A program made the position numbers and the translations under genes. The notes below the pieces were generated by a model. That model had not been told where the DNA came from, did not search any database, and saw nothing but the letters and a program-made list of their open reading frames with translations. Positions 35,381 through 48,309 of a stretch of 64,000 nucleotides of DNA are shown piece by piece. The DNA lies in NCBI GenBank assembly GCA_028534125.1, contig CM052818.1, positions 21,144,001 to 21,208,000 of the forward strand. The letters are read 5' to 3'. Source of the DNA: Lama glama. Taxonomy: Eukaryota. Position 1 is the stretch's first letter; the number at the start of each line of letters is the position of its first letter.

Positions 35381-38304
35381 ACTACACCAGGGTGTGAATT
35401 CTGGGAAGGCGTTGGGGGTGCATTTTGGGAGAACTAGCTACCAGAGTATTCTTGCTGGGCCTGGGGTGGGACAACACTAGCTGGGGGTAGGGGGTGGAGG
35501 GGCTGCCCATCAGCCCAGCTTCTAGGCAGAGCAGAAGCAGAGTGCCAAGAACAGCCACTGTGCTCACCAGTATAAATGATATCCTCTGAACCTTGGAGGG
35601 TAGAACTGTACAGAACCAAGAACCAAGAAACCTGGGTCCTTATACTGGCCCTGGCTCTCTCTGGCTATGTGTCATTGAGCAAGTCCCCAGATCTCTCTGG
35701 GCACTGGTTTCCTCATCTTAAAATTGAGACAGTGATGAAATCACTCAAAGTGTCTTCTCCCCTCGGAGTTAAGGAATAGAACATGTTACATGAGTCCATC
35801 ACAGAGCTCAAGTCCCTCTCTTTAGAGGCAAGGAGACCAGAGTCCCAGGGCCATTGTCAGAACAGGCATGAAAACCAGAGGTGCCAAGTTACCAGTCACC
35901 CATCTTCCCAGCTTTCCACAGCAACAAAACCCATGTGGCTAATTCCAGGGACTCTACACATCCCTTCCTGACTGCACGCGTGTATGCTTGTGCGTATATG
36001 TACGTGTGTCTACCTGTTCATGTATGTGCTTGTGGGGGCGTAAATGTCAGGCAAGTGTCCCACCACACGTTGTTTCTGCTCTAGGAAAGACTGCCAAGTG
36101 GGTAGTTTATACTGGAAAGAGCCCCACTATTTACATAACTCTGTGTTGTATGGCCTTTTAATTTAGACCTCATTCCAAATGCATGACACATCCTTTTGAC
36201 ACCTTGAAGAAGTGTTTCTCAGCTGGCAAGCTGGGCACAGCAGCTCCAGGCTGCAAAAGGAAAACACACAGCCCTGAAAATTAAAAGTGATTCGGGTCCT
36301 CTTAGGAAATGCCTCGCTTCAGGCTACTTGAGGTGGTCATTTATTAAGTGACTTAATCAGAAAAGTAACACAATCTCAGAGCAATTAAGTCCCTTTCTGG
36401 GCACTCCTGGATCCTCCTGATTATGAAGAGGGTAATGCATTCCTAATGGGACTATCAGAGGAGGATTATTTCCTGGGGCTGGTTGACTGTTCAGCTAGGG
36501 CAACTCTGTGTTGCTGAGAAATGTCCCTGAAATCACTGACTCTGGGGAAACTTCCCTTTGAATTCAAGCAGTTTTTAACAGGGCTTCATTTGCCCTATGG
36601 TGGGATGAGTTAAGGTTATAGAATCATAGCCCATCAGAGTCTAGAGTCTAGATTCTAGGGAATCTTGAAGATCTCCAAGCCCAAGCTTGTCCTCCCTCTG
36701 CCAAGGAAACAAGACGGAATGGTAGAGCTCAAGGCCACGCACCTGGTGGACCAGCACCCACGGCTTCTTTCTTGCCATTCCAGGTGCTTGACTAAATGAA
36801 AGGATGACTCTCTGAGTCTCTGTTGGGCCATCCAGGCATGGCTCCAGCCACAACTCAATATTCCAGGAGAAGCTTCCTGTGCAAAGTTCGAATGGCTAAG
36901 TGAATGCTCGGGAAGAGAATGTGTTCAATAATAGTTATTGAAGGCCCACTGTGTGCCAGGAGCTATGCTAAAAACCAAGAAGACTGCAGAGAACACAGTC
37001 CCTGGCCTGGTGAGAGAGCTTACTTTGGTGGTGGTGGGAGGAAGGCAGAGGATAGGGAATGAGTGGCAGGATAAATAGATGGATGGGTAATTATTGGATG
37101 GATGGGAGATGGATAAGTGAATGGATGGATGGAAAGTTGCTACATTTAGAAAGCTAGGAGAGCAGTAACTCAGGAATAAGTTAGAAACCTAGAGTCCTCC
37201 CCCTCCTTGCAAGCCTGCGACACAGCCAGAATCAGCGCTCCTGCTCAAGACAACTTCGACACATACCCAGTCCTCGTAACCCTCACCCTGCCTCCCGTAG
37301 CCTACACTGCTCTAGTGTTTGTCTTTCACTTCAGTCCATCACAGCGCCCCCCTCAGCCAGCACCAGTCAAACCACCCCCCTGCTCCTGTGCTCAGCCTAA
37401 CACCCCTTCCTGGAAGGCCTTCCCCTGAGCCCTCAAGCCTCTGCCACCCCACTTAGCAGAGCCTGCTCACCCCAGGCCCCTGGTCCTGGCCTGCCTGGGA
37501 AAACGCCTAAGCTCTTCGGGGAGGGGTGCTGTGCCTGCTGAGCCAGAATTTGTGTCCCCCGACCCCAAGTGAAGTTGTCAAGGCATCAGAGACTGGAGCA
37601 TGCGGCTGGGCACACAAGAGCCGGTCATCAGAGACTTGAGGAATAACAGAGACTCTGGACAAAGGAAACGGGAGGGGGCCCTAGGAGGAGCACCTGGCTT
37701 GGGCACACCCCTAGGAAACTCAGAAACCTGGGCTCTCCACCTGGAACCGGCACCATCCAGCCCCAGTCCCTCCACCCGCCGCAGCGTTCACTCGGAGGCA
37801 ACCTCTCAGAATCAGAACTGGGTTGGGGCCCAGCTTGCTGGGTGGGGATTAGAGGAGGGACCTATTTTACAGCAAAAACTGCTCTTCAGGGCTAGCCAGT
37901 GACTCAGCATCTTGGATCCCAAATGAAAAATAAAAGCCATTTTCGTCCCAGTATACAGGAAATGCATAAGGTCCAGTGGACTCTGTGAAGCCACCATGCC
38001 AGGCTCAGCGTCCAGCTGCGTCAAATCCAGGCACCGGAAGTGTGAACTGTTCTGCCAACCTCCTAACCAGTCAGGAATCAGGAAAGAGCACCTCCTGTCG
38101 ATGGGCTGGGCCACCCCATTTTACAGACAGAAAGTTGAGGCCTAAACATACCCAAAACTCTTAACGTCTCCTAGCTTGTTCCTCTTTCTCCCTGATGTCT
38201 AGTGACAGCCTCTCTGAACAGGTGAAAGATGAAGAATTAACTCTTCTTCAAAACAGCAGCAACCTTGTACTGAAGGAAGAACCCCTAAATGCACATCGAT
38301 CCCA

Positions 38305-38760
38305 TGGGGGTCCATCCAATTTTTGTGTCTTTGGCGTCTAATGGGTCCTACACACCCCTTCTCAGAATAATACATCCTAATGCATAAAATAAATACTCAT
38401 GATGGCAAAGAAAACCAATTGTACTGAAGTTAAGTGACAAAAATCATTTTTGAAAGTGATAGAGTAACGTCTGTGCATCTTCATTAACCTTTTAAATCAC
38501 AAGCTCTAGCAGTAGGTCTAATCTGCACCGTAATTCCAAGCAGTGATGTCTGCACCAACTCTAATGTGACATGAAGAGATCTGTGGTTTCTGCTGGCGAG
38601 GAAGTCACAGGTATTGCCTAAAACTGCTGTGGTTAATGCCTGTATTCTTGGAGGAGCTGCTAAATTTCCATTAGAGATCAGTGAAAATGAAAATGTAATT
38701 TTTTTCCATCCAAGTTCATCGATGGCTTGAATGCTGTCCTCTGGACCCCATTAGTTACTG
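38305..38760. mobile_element. hAT-Charlie DNA transposon remnant (Charlie4-like)
   Basis: CCCCTTCTCAGAATAAT...AAGCTCTAGCAGTAGGTCTAAT...AAGTCACAGGTATTGC...TTTTCCATCCAAGTTCA...GGACCCC. Confidence 0.55.
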
Positions 38761-39429
38761 TTTTCACAAAGTGACTAACTTAGTGGTGGGATTTTAGGCA
38801 AAAGCCTGACATCCTCCTACCCCAAACTTAGTGCCCAGACCACTTCCAGATACTGAAGAAAACGTGTGCGGAACTGAATCAAACTCTTAGCCCTCCCACC
38901 TTGGGCCGGACTGGCTAGCACACTCTTCAGCAAGGGGCCCTGTGCTCATTTGATCTGTTTGGAAGCAGAGCGAGGTGTTAGATTAACAGGCCCTGAGACT
39001 GCTGAGGGGGAGACCTGTGCGGCGGCAGGAAACGTTCAGGAACAGCTCATCCTTATGAAAATATCCTCCCTCTGACACTAGCCAGCTCGGGAGACGCCAG
39101 ACAGGGCAATCGGAAATGAATCTCCATTCCATAATGAGCCAATTATTTCAATAAGGTGCTTTCCCTCCTGCCCAAGCCATGGCTAAAATAAAATACCAGT
39201 GAGGTGTTGCCGCAGTGGCTCGTCCTTGTATCCCAGCTCAGGCTGCCACCAAGACCTGCCTGGTGGAGGGGTGGGGGGGTCCCTGGCCTTGCACAGTGCT
39301 CAGTGGTGTGGGCATCGATTAGCCCGCCTGGCATCTGGGCCGGTATCCAAGTCTCCTTCCTCCCCTTCCCCTCAAATCGTGGCCAGTGTATTCAACATTA
39401 ACTGAACAGGTATATTGCTCCAAGTAGCA

Positions 39430-39668
39430 ACGTAGGATAGTGGTTCCATGCCCAGACTCTACAGGCAGACCTTGGTTCAACTCCCTTCTCCACCATTTTA
39501 CAAATGTAACCTTCCCTGCACCACAAGTGCATACTTTATCATCTGTAAAATGGGCCTATTAATAATATCCATCTCAGAGTTGTCGGGGATTCACTGAAAT
39601 CCTGCTTCTAAAGCCCGTTACTTAGTGTCTGCAAATAGTAGCATTCAATAAAAGATAGCTATTATTTC
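39430..39668 (+). mobile_element. MIR SINE
   Basis: ATAGTGGTT...CATCTGTAAAATGGG...GCATTCAATAAAAGATAGCTATTATT. Confidence 0.75.
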
Positions 39669-41329
39669 TAAATCAACAAAAATCTTTTTTTTAAGCTTCT
39701 TCTGGGACAAGGCACCATACTGTGTGCTGGATTATTGCCATGGCTGGGATGGGCAAGGGCTGCAAGGGAGTAATTATTCAATTCAGTTAATTTTGAACAG
39801 CTATGGGGAAGAGGGGGCTGGTGTCTGAGGAAACTGCCCATACTTACTCATATTCACTAAAGGCTAAAAATGGCATCTGCCCTTGATGAGAAAGGAAACC
39901 CCTTCTCATGTGCTGTGGGATGTGGTGGATGAGTTGCTCGTAGGTTAGTGGCTATGAAGGGAGACAAGAGCTTTGTCCTTAACCCCAAAGGGGTGCTGGG
40001 AATTCCAAGGAAGCACGAGGCCTCCAGCGCTGGGCTGTGCCCCAGCAGCCCTTCCAGCCTGGGCACACCACAGACCCAGGCACAAGCTCAGGGCTCTGAA
40101 TTCCTGCACCAGAATGCCGCCTTCTGTGGGTATGTGCCTGTGAGCATTTCCTTGGAGCGAGGACTTTCCTCACACTTCCAATGGGGTCCCTGACCCATCC
40201 CCCAAGTTAAGAACTGCTGCTCTTCAGATTAGCTTCATCCCATGTTGTATGGTTCTCAGACTGCATTGTGAGCACTGATCCTCTCTCTGCAACAAGACAG
40301 CATTTGTCATCCACGGCTGTCACGTGATAGGGCCACTGTGTGTTGATGGATTCTATATAGTTCTACACATTTTCTACTATTCCCAGAATCCTCAGTCTCT
40401 CAATTTGGAGAGATGGAGGGAGATACGTGACAAACATAAACCCTAGGAGGCCTTCCCGGGGTAGCCAAGGTAGGTCAGGAAGGCAGCATTCATCTAGCTC
40501 CGTACTCATCCAGTGAGACTTGGAGTTTGTCCCGCTCAGGCCTCTCCCTCTATCCTTTTTCTCCCAATTGTCCAAAGCCCAGATCAAGACTGCCTTTTCA
40601 AAGAAGCCTTCCTTGCCCACCCAGGCACACAAGATTTCCTCACTCTTGACCTCTGTGCCCCAGTCATGATGCTAAGTAGAAGTGTGTGGTCTTGTTAGCT
40701 TCTGCTTCACACAGATTGGTTGTGTTGCCCACCTTCTACAGGGCGGAATGGTGTCTTTCTGTTTTCTGCCTCTGACAGGAGCACTTTAAATACTCCTGAG
40801 ATCTGATACGTGAGGAAAATAAGTTTATTTGTTTCATCGACTGGAATGGAATGAGATTGAATTGAATTGAATTGCTGGTGGGCACTGAGCATTGTCAGTC
40901 TTGATGTAGGTGACATTTGACCTTCCAGAAACATCTCTGATTAAATGTGAACTAGAAAAAAAAGGCACTAGAAACTACGGATTCCTTAAGACTGGCCCCA
41001 GGCCCAGCCACATGCTAAGTAGCCACAAAGTTTATAATGCATTGAGTGTACAAATTTTTCCAATTAAGAATGTTTGCTGTTCAGAAGGCAGAAGGTTCAG
41101 TAACTGAATGTGATTACATTTGCTAGTTTCTATTTCCACCCCTCTTACCACCTAAGTCTCCTTCCCCCAAAACCCCAACTCATGAGTCAACTCGCATTGA
41201 GAGCCGGTTTGAGGGGTGACCCAGACGTACCGAGTGCATTGGGAGTGAAAGGGTCCTCGACTTCAGGAATTATTTCCTCACGTGAGTGTGAATGTGTGTA
41301 TTCATCATTCCTGTGAATGTAAGTATCTG

Positions 41330-41462
41330 TGCGCTTGTGTGTGTCCATATGTGTACCTACAGGGACAGGTGTTTGCCTGTATACACATATACTTATGTGT
41401 GTGCTTGCGTATGCCTGTTTGATTCTGTGTGTGTCGTGTGTGTGTATGTGTGTGTGTGTGTG
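41330..41462. repeat. Degenerate (TG)n repeat
   Basis: Imperfect TG dinucleotide run ending GTGTGTGTATGTGTGTGTGTGTGTG. Confidence 0.8.
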
Positions 41463-43107
41463 AATTCCTCCATATACACTTGAACAAAGACCCTAAATTA
41501 AAGTCTTGCTGAGGCTACAAAATATATTGCTTAATAATCTTTGTGGGCTTAATTTAAGTCTCTCCCATGAGGAGATCTCATTTTATGAAATGTTCAAGGA
41601 TTTCACAGTTTGAACCTGTTCTCTGACCATGCCTGTCCCACCCACAGTGCCTCTCTCTCGGGTCTGCCCTAGTCTTAGCCCTGGCTCCAGCCCTCCCCTT
41701 TTTCTTACAGCCTCAGCTGAATACAAGGACCCCTCACCCTCTTCTTCCTCCCCCGTGCATCCACATTAGACTATTTTTGTTGACTCTTCAGCATTAACTT
41801 ATTGTTTTAATTACATATTTTCTTAGTAGATTCTATGTAGAAAGTTACAGTGCATGTTCTTTAGGAGGAAATGTGTTGGCTGTAGTGCAATCTACTGAGA
41901 ATCAAGAGCTCCCAGGGGCCCCTGTAAGTATTAAGCAGATGCTAAAAGCGGGGGGGAGGAGGAGGCTTGAGTTTCACAGCCACAGGTGAAGGTAGGTACA
42001 TAGCTCATCACAGACCCACCCACAAAAGGACCTGAACTTCTGGGTCAATGCTGGAGGACTGTGCCCAGAATGGCTGGGAACATGTGCTCAACGGTATGTG
42101 ATTTCCAGTCCCTATACACCTCCACGGATATGAATATGCGTGCATGTGTGTGTGTGTATGGGTGTGTGTGAGTGTGATGGGTAACACCCCATGATGAGTT
42201 TTGAAACACACCCAGAGGCTAGCTGTTGACTTCGGCCAGCATGGATTAGCTATGGAGCAAACTCAGCTTACAGAATCTGAAATAGTGAGTCCTGTGTAGT
42301 AAGATGTTCAAAAGAGCACCTTCAAGGACCCAGATCATTCCAGTTCTAATGGGGGATCCACTATTTATCTGTAAAGGTTTCACTCTCCATCCATCTGCTG
42401 GGACAGGGTGAAGGGTGTTTGGAATGCTGTACAGGATAGACTAGACATTTCAAAAAGAATGGGTAGGGTAGGAATGAAGGGTGGGAGGTGTAGCTGCAGC
42501 CCTATGTCCATTCTGCAAGCTCTTCCTGGACAGTGTTAATTCTGGCTGAATAAATGTGTAACAATATTGAAAATATATCAAAGGTGGTTCAAGGATTGAA
42601 ATACATTTAGTTTTCACAATAACATCATCGGGTTGCCATTAGTATGAACTCATTTGTAGTTGAAGAACCTGAGATATTGTTCTAATCTACACAGTCCCAA
42701 GGAAAGCTTAAGCCAAAGCAGCATGAACCAGAGTAAAGAATGGAGCTCCCCCAGGGGTGGGGAATCGCCCTTGTGGGATCTTGGCCCACAGTGAGCAACA
42801 CAGAGGCCAAGTCTGGGGTCCAGTGGGGAGTGAGGCACTCAAGATTGATCCCCCACTGGTGTGTGTGCCCGGAGCTCTAGTCTAGGGAATAGGCATTGGG
42901 GAAAGTGCTACCCAAGCCAGACAGAGGGCAGCCTCAGCATTATGGAAGCTAAGCTCCATCAAAGAGTTACTCCAGCTACTCACTGGGCATGTGGCAAGGT
43001 ACCGGGCCCGCAGGTGAGACGGCTGGTATTAAGGCCTAAGGCAATAGGATGGGGTTCAGGATAGGTATTAAATCCAAGAGAAAATGGGATTGCTAAGGTG
43101 AAAGCCA

Positions 43108-43705
43108 ATGTTCTTATGATCTATTGCTGTGTAGCAATCACTCCAATACTTAGTGGCTTGAAACAACAACAATCATTGATTTTATTCGTGAATCTGCAAC
43201 TGGGATGGGGTTTGACAGGGATGGCTCATCTCTGCTCCTTGTGGTATCAGATGGGACCAGTTGACCGGAGCTGGAGAGTCCACTTTCAAGGTGGCCCACT
43301 GGCATGGCCGGGAAGTTAGTGCTGGCTGCTGCTTTGTGCTTATTGCAGACCTGGGGCAGGGGAAGGGGTGTGCTCAGTTCTTTTCCACATGGTGCCTCTC
43401 AACAGGGCTTCCTTGAGCTTGGTGGCTGGTTCCAAGAGCAAGTATCCCAAGAGGATACAGCCTACAAAAGCTGTATCGTCTTTCATGACCTAGCCTCAGA
43501 AATCACATTGTCTCACTTCTGCCACAGGACAAGCCTGCTTAGACTTCAGGGGATTTAAGGGGCAGAAACATGGACCACCACACCCCCACCCAGCAGACAC
43601 ACACACACACCTCTCAATGAGACGAAGATCAAAGTCACATTAAAAGAAGAGCATTTGGGATGGAGATATTGTTGGAACCATCTTTAAAAACTAGAATCTG
43701 CCACA
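43108..43705 (-). mobile_element. MaLR solo LTR (MLT1 family)
   Basis: ATCTATTGCTGTGTAGCAA...CTTAGTGGCTTGAAACAACAA...GAATCTGCAACTGGG...TTCATGACCTAGCCTCAGAAATCAC...AATCTGCCACA. Confidence 0.75.
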
Positions 43706-43739
43706 CAAAAATGCAGAAGATGACTCATATTAACTCCAT

Positions 43740-44620
43740 CCCTTTTTCAACAAGTAGTTTTTGAGGACATACCCCATGCTAGGTGAGTCAATGGAGACAG
43801 TCTCTGCCTTCAAGGAGCTCACAGTCTGATAGTGGAGTCAGGTACAAAATGAACGGGTTATAGTAACTGTGAGATGATGTGATGCCGGGGATGAGAACAG
43901 GAAGATGACATCAGGACTGGAGCAGGACCACAGACCCAACCTGGGGGAGGAAGAGGGTCAGGAGACTTTTCCAGAGAAAGTAACATCTACCTCAAGTCCT
44001 GAAAGATGAGGGGGGCTGGGAAAGGAAGAAAAGGTGTCAGTGGAGAGGAAACATCACATACAGAGATTTGAGAGAGGGAAACATGTTACTCAACTTTTTT
44101 GCAATAACGAACATCCCCCAAATCTCAGAGGTTGACAACGACATAAGTTATTTCTCACTCAGATTAAGGCTGTGCTCTGCTCCACCTGCTTTTTCATCCC
44201 GTGAAGTAGGCTGGAGCAGCACCTCTCTAGGGTATGAGGGCAAAAGAAGAAAGAGTCCCCATGGCAACTTGCAATGGCTCTAGAAGCATCTGCTCATCCA
44301 CTCACATTTCATTGGTCCAAGCCTGTCACATGGCTGAGCCCAGGATGGACGAGGCATAAGGCAGTGGGGATGGGTATCTACCACAGGAGGGGAAGAGTCT
44401 GTGGAAGTCACTCCGGATGGCTGAATTCTGGAGTAAGAAGTGGGCAGCATAGAGAAATAAGCGAGATATATGTGCAAAGTCCAATGACGAAGGGCTCATA
44501 AGTCATGCTAAGGAGTCTAAATTTCATCCTGAGGTTAACAGATTCCATAAGAAGGATTTAAACTCGGAGAGGGACAAGACTATCTGTGCTCTAACTTGGT
44601 AGTGCTGGCTGATATGTGAT
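43740..44620 (-). mobile_element. L2 remnant, probably interrupted by an MLT1 fragment (~44080-44390)
   Basis: GAGACAGTCTCTGCCTTCAAGGAGCTCACAGTCTG and GTCATGCTAAGGAGTCT...ATCCTGAGG are L2-like motifs; ATTTCATTGGTCCAAG...GTCACATGGC is MLT-like. Confidence 0.55.
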
Positions 44621-46854
44621 GGGTAGATTGGCAAAGGTACCACAATGCAGAGTGGGGAGAAGGGGGAAGCAAAGAAACTAATTTGTTTAATGCCTCTTAT
44701 GTACCAGGCACAAGACTTGGGCATTCCACCATCCAAGAGTATGGAATAGTCCATAGAACAGTACCTTCCAATCACCTCATTCTCCCTTGGCTGGTCTCAC
44801 TGTCCCTGCAGGTTGGGCAGGGCACCATATAGACCCTCCCAACCCCCCATCCAACATCAGCGAATGGGGTGGAAATCACCTGACCCAGGATAAGCCTATA
44901 AGGTTCTCTCTCAAGAATTTGGAAGAGGGGCAGAGATTTTAGAGTACCTCCTGAGTGCCTGGAGCAGTTGGACACACTAAAGGCTAAGAAAGTATTAAAA
45001 GGAGTAGAAACAGGGAAAGCTGCTCTTCTGAGAGAGAACAAAGATTCACAGAGGGGCGCAGAGAAAGGAGACTGTTCTGCCACCCAGAGGGAGGAAAAGT
45101 GGCTGCCTTGATATCTTTTCCAGTTTCTGGTTCCACCCCTGTTAAGGACAACAGTGGTCCCTGCCCTTGAATCCATGTGCTAGCCCTGAACCCTTATAAT
45201 AAATTCATTCTTTTGTTTCTCCTGTTAGTCTGAGTGGATTTCTGAGCTTGTACCTCAAAGTACCTGGCCTAAGGTACTTTAATTCTCTGAGTTCCTCAAG
45301 GTCATCCCAGGCATGATGGGGCCATGGGTACATCCAGACTTCACCAGCATGGGTCTGAGGCTACTTCTGTACAGACTGCCCTGGTCACAGTGGACTCCTG
45401 CCTTGCAGGGGCTGACAGGGAGTGAAGACCACAGAGCCCAGGGCTTGGTGGCTGAAACCTGAGGAATGTAGGAGGGCAGAGATGGCTTTTCCTCAAGCCT
45501 AGACCCATCTTCCTGATACATGCAGGGGACCCTAACCACTGGGAGCTGGCAGTGCCCAAGGAACCTGAGGTCAGAGAGGAGAAAGGCTTGAGGGTGAGAG
45601 GAGGTTTTGATGGAAAAGCTCTCAGTGAAGTGGGTCAGATCATAGACCCGGTATTAAAGAACTCTGCTCTGCCATAGTTCCTGGACTGGTAGTCATCCTC
45701 TCTGAGCCCCAGTGGCACCACCTGCCCAGATCACGGACGTGTTTTGGGATCGTGTGAGATAGTACGATGCCAGCCCATAGGCCTTCAGTCAGGTCTTCGT
45801 GCTATTACCTCTGCTATTACAAAGGAACTAAAGGCAGCAAGGCTCATGGTTTAAAGTATGGGTTTTGGCGTTAAGAACTGAAATTTCAGAGGCTCCTCAC
45901 CAGCTGTATGACCTTGGTCAATTTGCTTATCCTCTGACCCTAGCTCCTCCACTGTAAATGCTAATAATCCCCACTTTATAGGACTATGGTGCCCACTACA
46001 CACTCGTATACCACTTTGCATATGGAAGACACTCTGTGAGTGGAAGAAATGTGAACAGACGCTCCTGGCTCCATCTCAAGGCGCAGGGGGCTGACAAGAA
46101 AGGGGTTAGAGAGGAAAGGGGAGTTGTTTTATTTACTCCAGGTGACAACACACACAATCCACACCCGCCTATGGAGTTTTCAGTGTGAGTTTTGTTTTGT
46201 CCTCAACCCTGAGAGCAAACACAACTGAAGGAGAAACCTTAGTCTCAACCCCCAAGGAGCATGCAATGTCATGCACGCATGCAGCTGTCTTTTGCTTTGA
46301 GAATTGTCTTAATGAGATCAAAATCCTGGAAACAACATAAGATAATGCAAAACAGGACGGCAGCTAAAATTCTCCTGTTCTCTCCAAGCAGGGGCTCAGC
46401 TTTTTCACACCCTCAGCTCACTTCCTCTTCCCCAGCCCCTGGGAGCAAAGGTGTTTGTTACGCCTACTTTTTATTCTCCCTAGACTGGGAAACTGACTCC
46501 ATAAGATTAAGTAGCTTGGCCTTGGTCACACTGTTACTAAGTGGCAGAGGCAGGATTTAGCACCAAAGCCCACACGCTCTCCAAGACTGTTCTGGGTGGT
46601 GAACTGCAGAGGCCAAGGGAGACTCACATGTACAGGTTCCTGTCTTTCAAACTCCTCTAGAACCTCCAGTCACACACCTAAGCATCTCCCACAGGGCCTA
46701 GCCCAGGTCTGGGAAACGATGGGGGCTTGATAATATTTGTTATCTGGAAGTTAAACGTGCCTTTAGACATTTCAGTCAGGTGCTTTCTGAATAACATGTA
46801 TCGTATGCAATTGTGTGGACACGCTATCCCATCACATCCTGAAGACAGCAACAG

Positions 46855-47090
46855 CCTCAATTATTGAGCACCTATTGGCAGCCAGATGTTTCACAACCTT
46901 TATCTCTAATCCCCAGTGCAACTGTATTCAATAAGTAATTGTCGAATGCTTATTGTGTGCCAAGTGCTGGGTTATTATCCTCATTTTACAGATGAGTAAA
47001 ATAAGGCTCCAAGATTGAGTGACTTACTCAAGTGGTGGGTTGGGACCAAGGACCCAGGCGGGTCTGCTGCCAAAGTCTACATCTTCTGCT
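46855..47090 (-). mobile_element. MIR SINE(s)
   Basis: TTATCCTCATTTTACAGATGAGTAAAATAAGGCTC core. Confidence 0.7.
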
Positions 47091-48309
47091 CTGCCCAGTC
47101 TACCTTCCCCTCATATGAGCATTCATTAACAGTGCAACTATATTAGAATGGTTGGAACAAAGATGGTAATGCCAGAGAACCAACCACACTTTCATCACAA
47201 ACCAGAATACCATAGTGCTACCAGGAGACATCTATTTGAGGTTGACATTGACCTGGTCCCTCTGCAGCCGCCTCATGCAGTTTTCCCTGAGCTCTGTGCC
47301 TTCACCGGCAGGGCCGTATCTTGTTTCTACCTACTTTATTAAAGCATTCTCAGAGCACTGTACATAAATTAATTAGCAAACATTCTTCTATAAGAAACAG
47401 CCCCTGGATTTTAGCCTTAATTCACAGAGACAACAAAATAAAGTATCAGATTTCCAAGTTCAGAACAATGTTGGCTTTTTCCAGATTCCATTTTAAGATG
47501 CAGAACTGGGTGGAAACCCCTGGGTGGTTGCCTTCAATGGCCCAGTGGGAGTGCCCTCCTGCCCAGGTGCTGCCCAGATCAGGAGAGCCAAGAGCAGTCG
47601 CCAGCCAGGGGGAGGGGGTATCACTGATGAGTGGGACTGATGCATTGTAATTAATGGTAATAAAAATAGATACTGCTGAAGAGAGAAATGCCAAGCCAGG
47701 AATCCCTACTCCCAGATAGAATTTCTCACAGGTAATGGAAAGAAGAAGAAAAAAAAAGGCACTTCTTACAGGAAACCTGATCTACCTGTTGCCTACAGAG
47801 GATTTTTGTAAAGTAACTAAGGACATGCAACTAAAGACAGCAGCCCAACAAAAATCAGAATAACTCTACTTGGAAAACTTCTCTTTCCTGCAGCCCAAGG
47901 GAACCGGGTAACGCTATAGGCATTAGACCTGTAATTTCTAAGAGCCACGCGTTCCTGCCTGTAACTTCTACGTAGCTGTATAGAAACTCCAGCACCCAGT
48001 ACTTCTGGCTGGAGAAAGCCCGCACAGCTCTCTGAGACTTCCTGTGCAAGGAAAGGAGGGCAAGAAGGGGGCTGGCTGGGAGCGAAGCCCAGGAGGAAAG
48101 AGGAGGAAGAGGGCCACCCTCCTATTGGCCTGGTACTTCCCAGTTGTTGCTGTCGGTCAAATCCCATTGGTCATTCAGGCATCCATTCAAACATTTCCTG
48201 GCGGCCCACTGTGTGCCAGGCAGATCCAGAGTCTCCAGGAGGGACATGCGATGGTGAAAGGCTGATGACTGTCCCCCAAAGATCGTGGGATCAGACCCTG
48301 GCAACCTAG

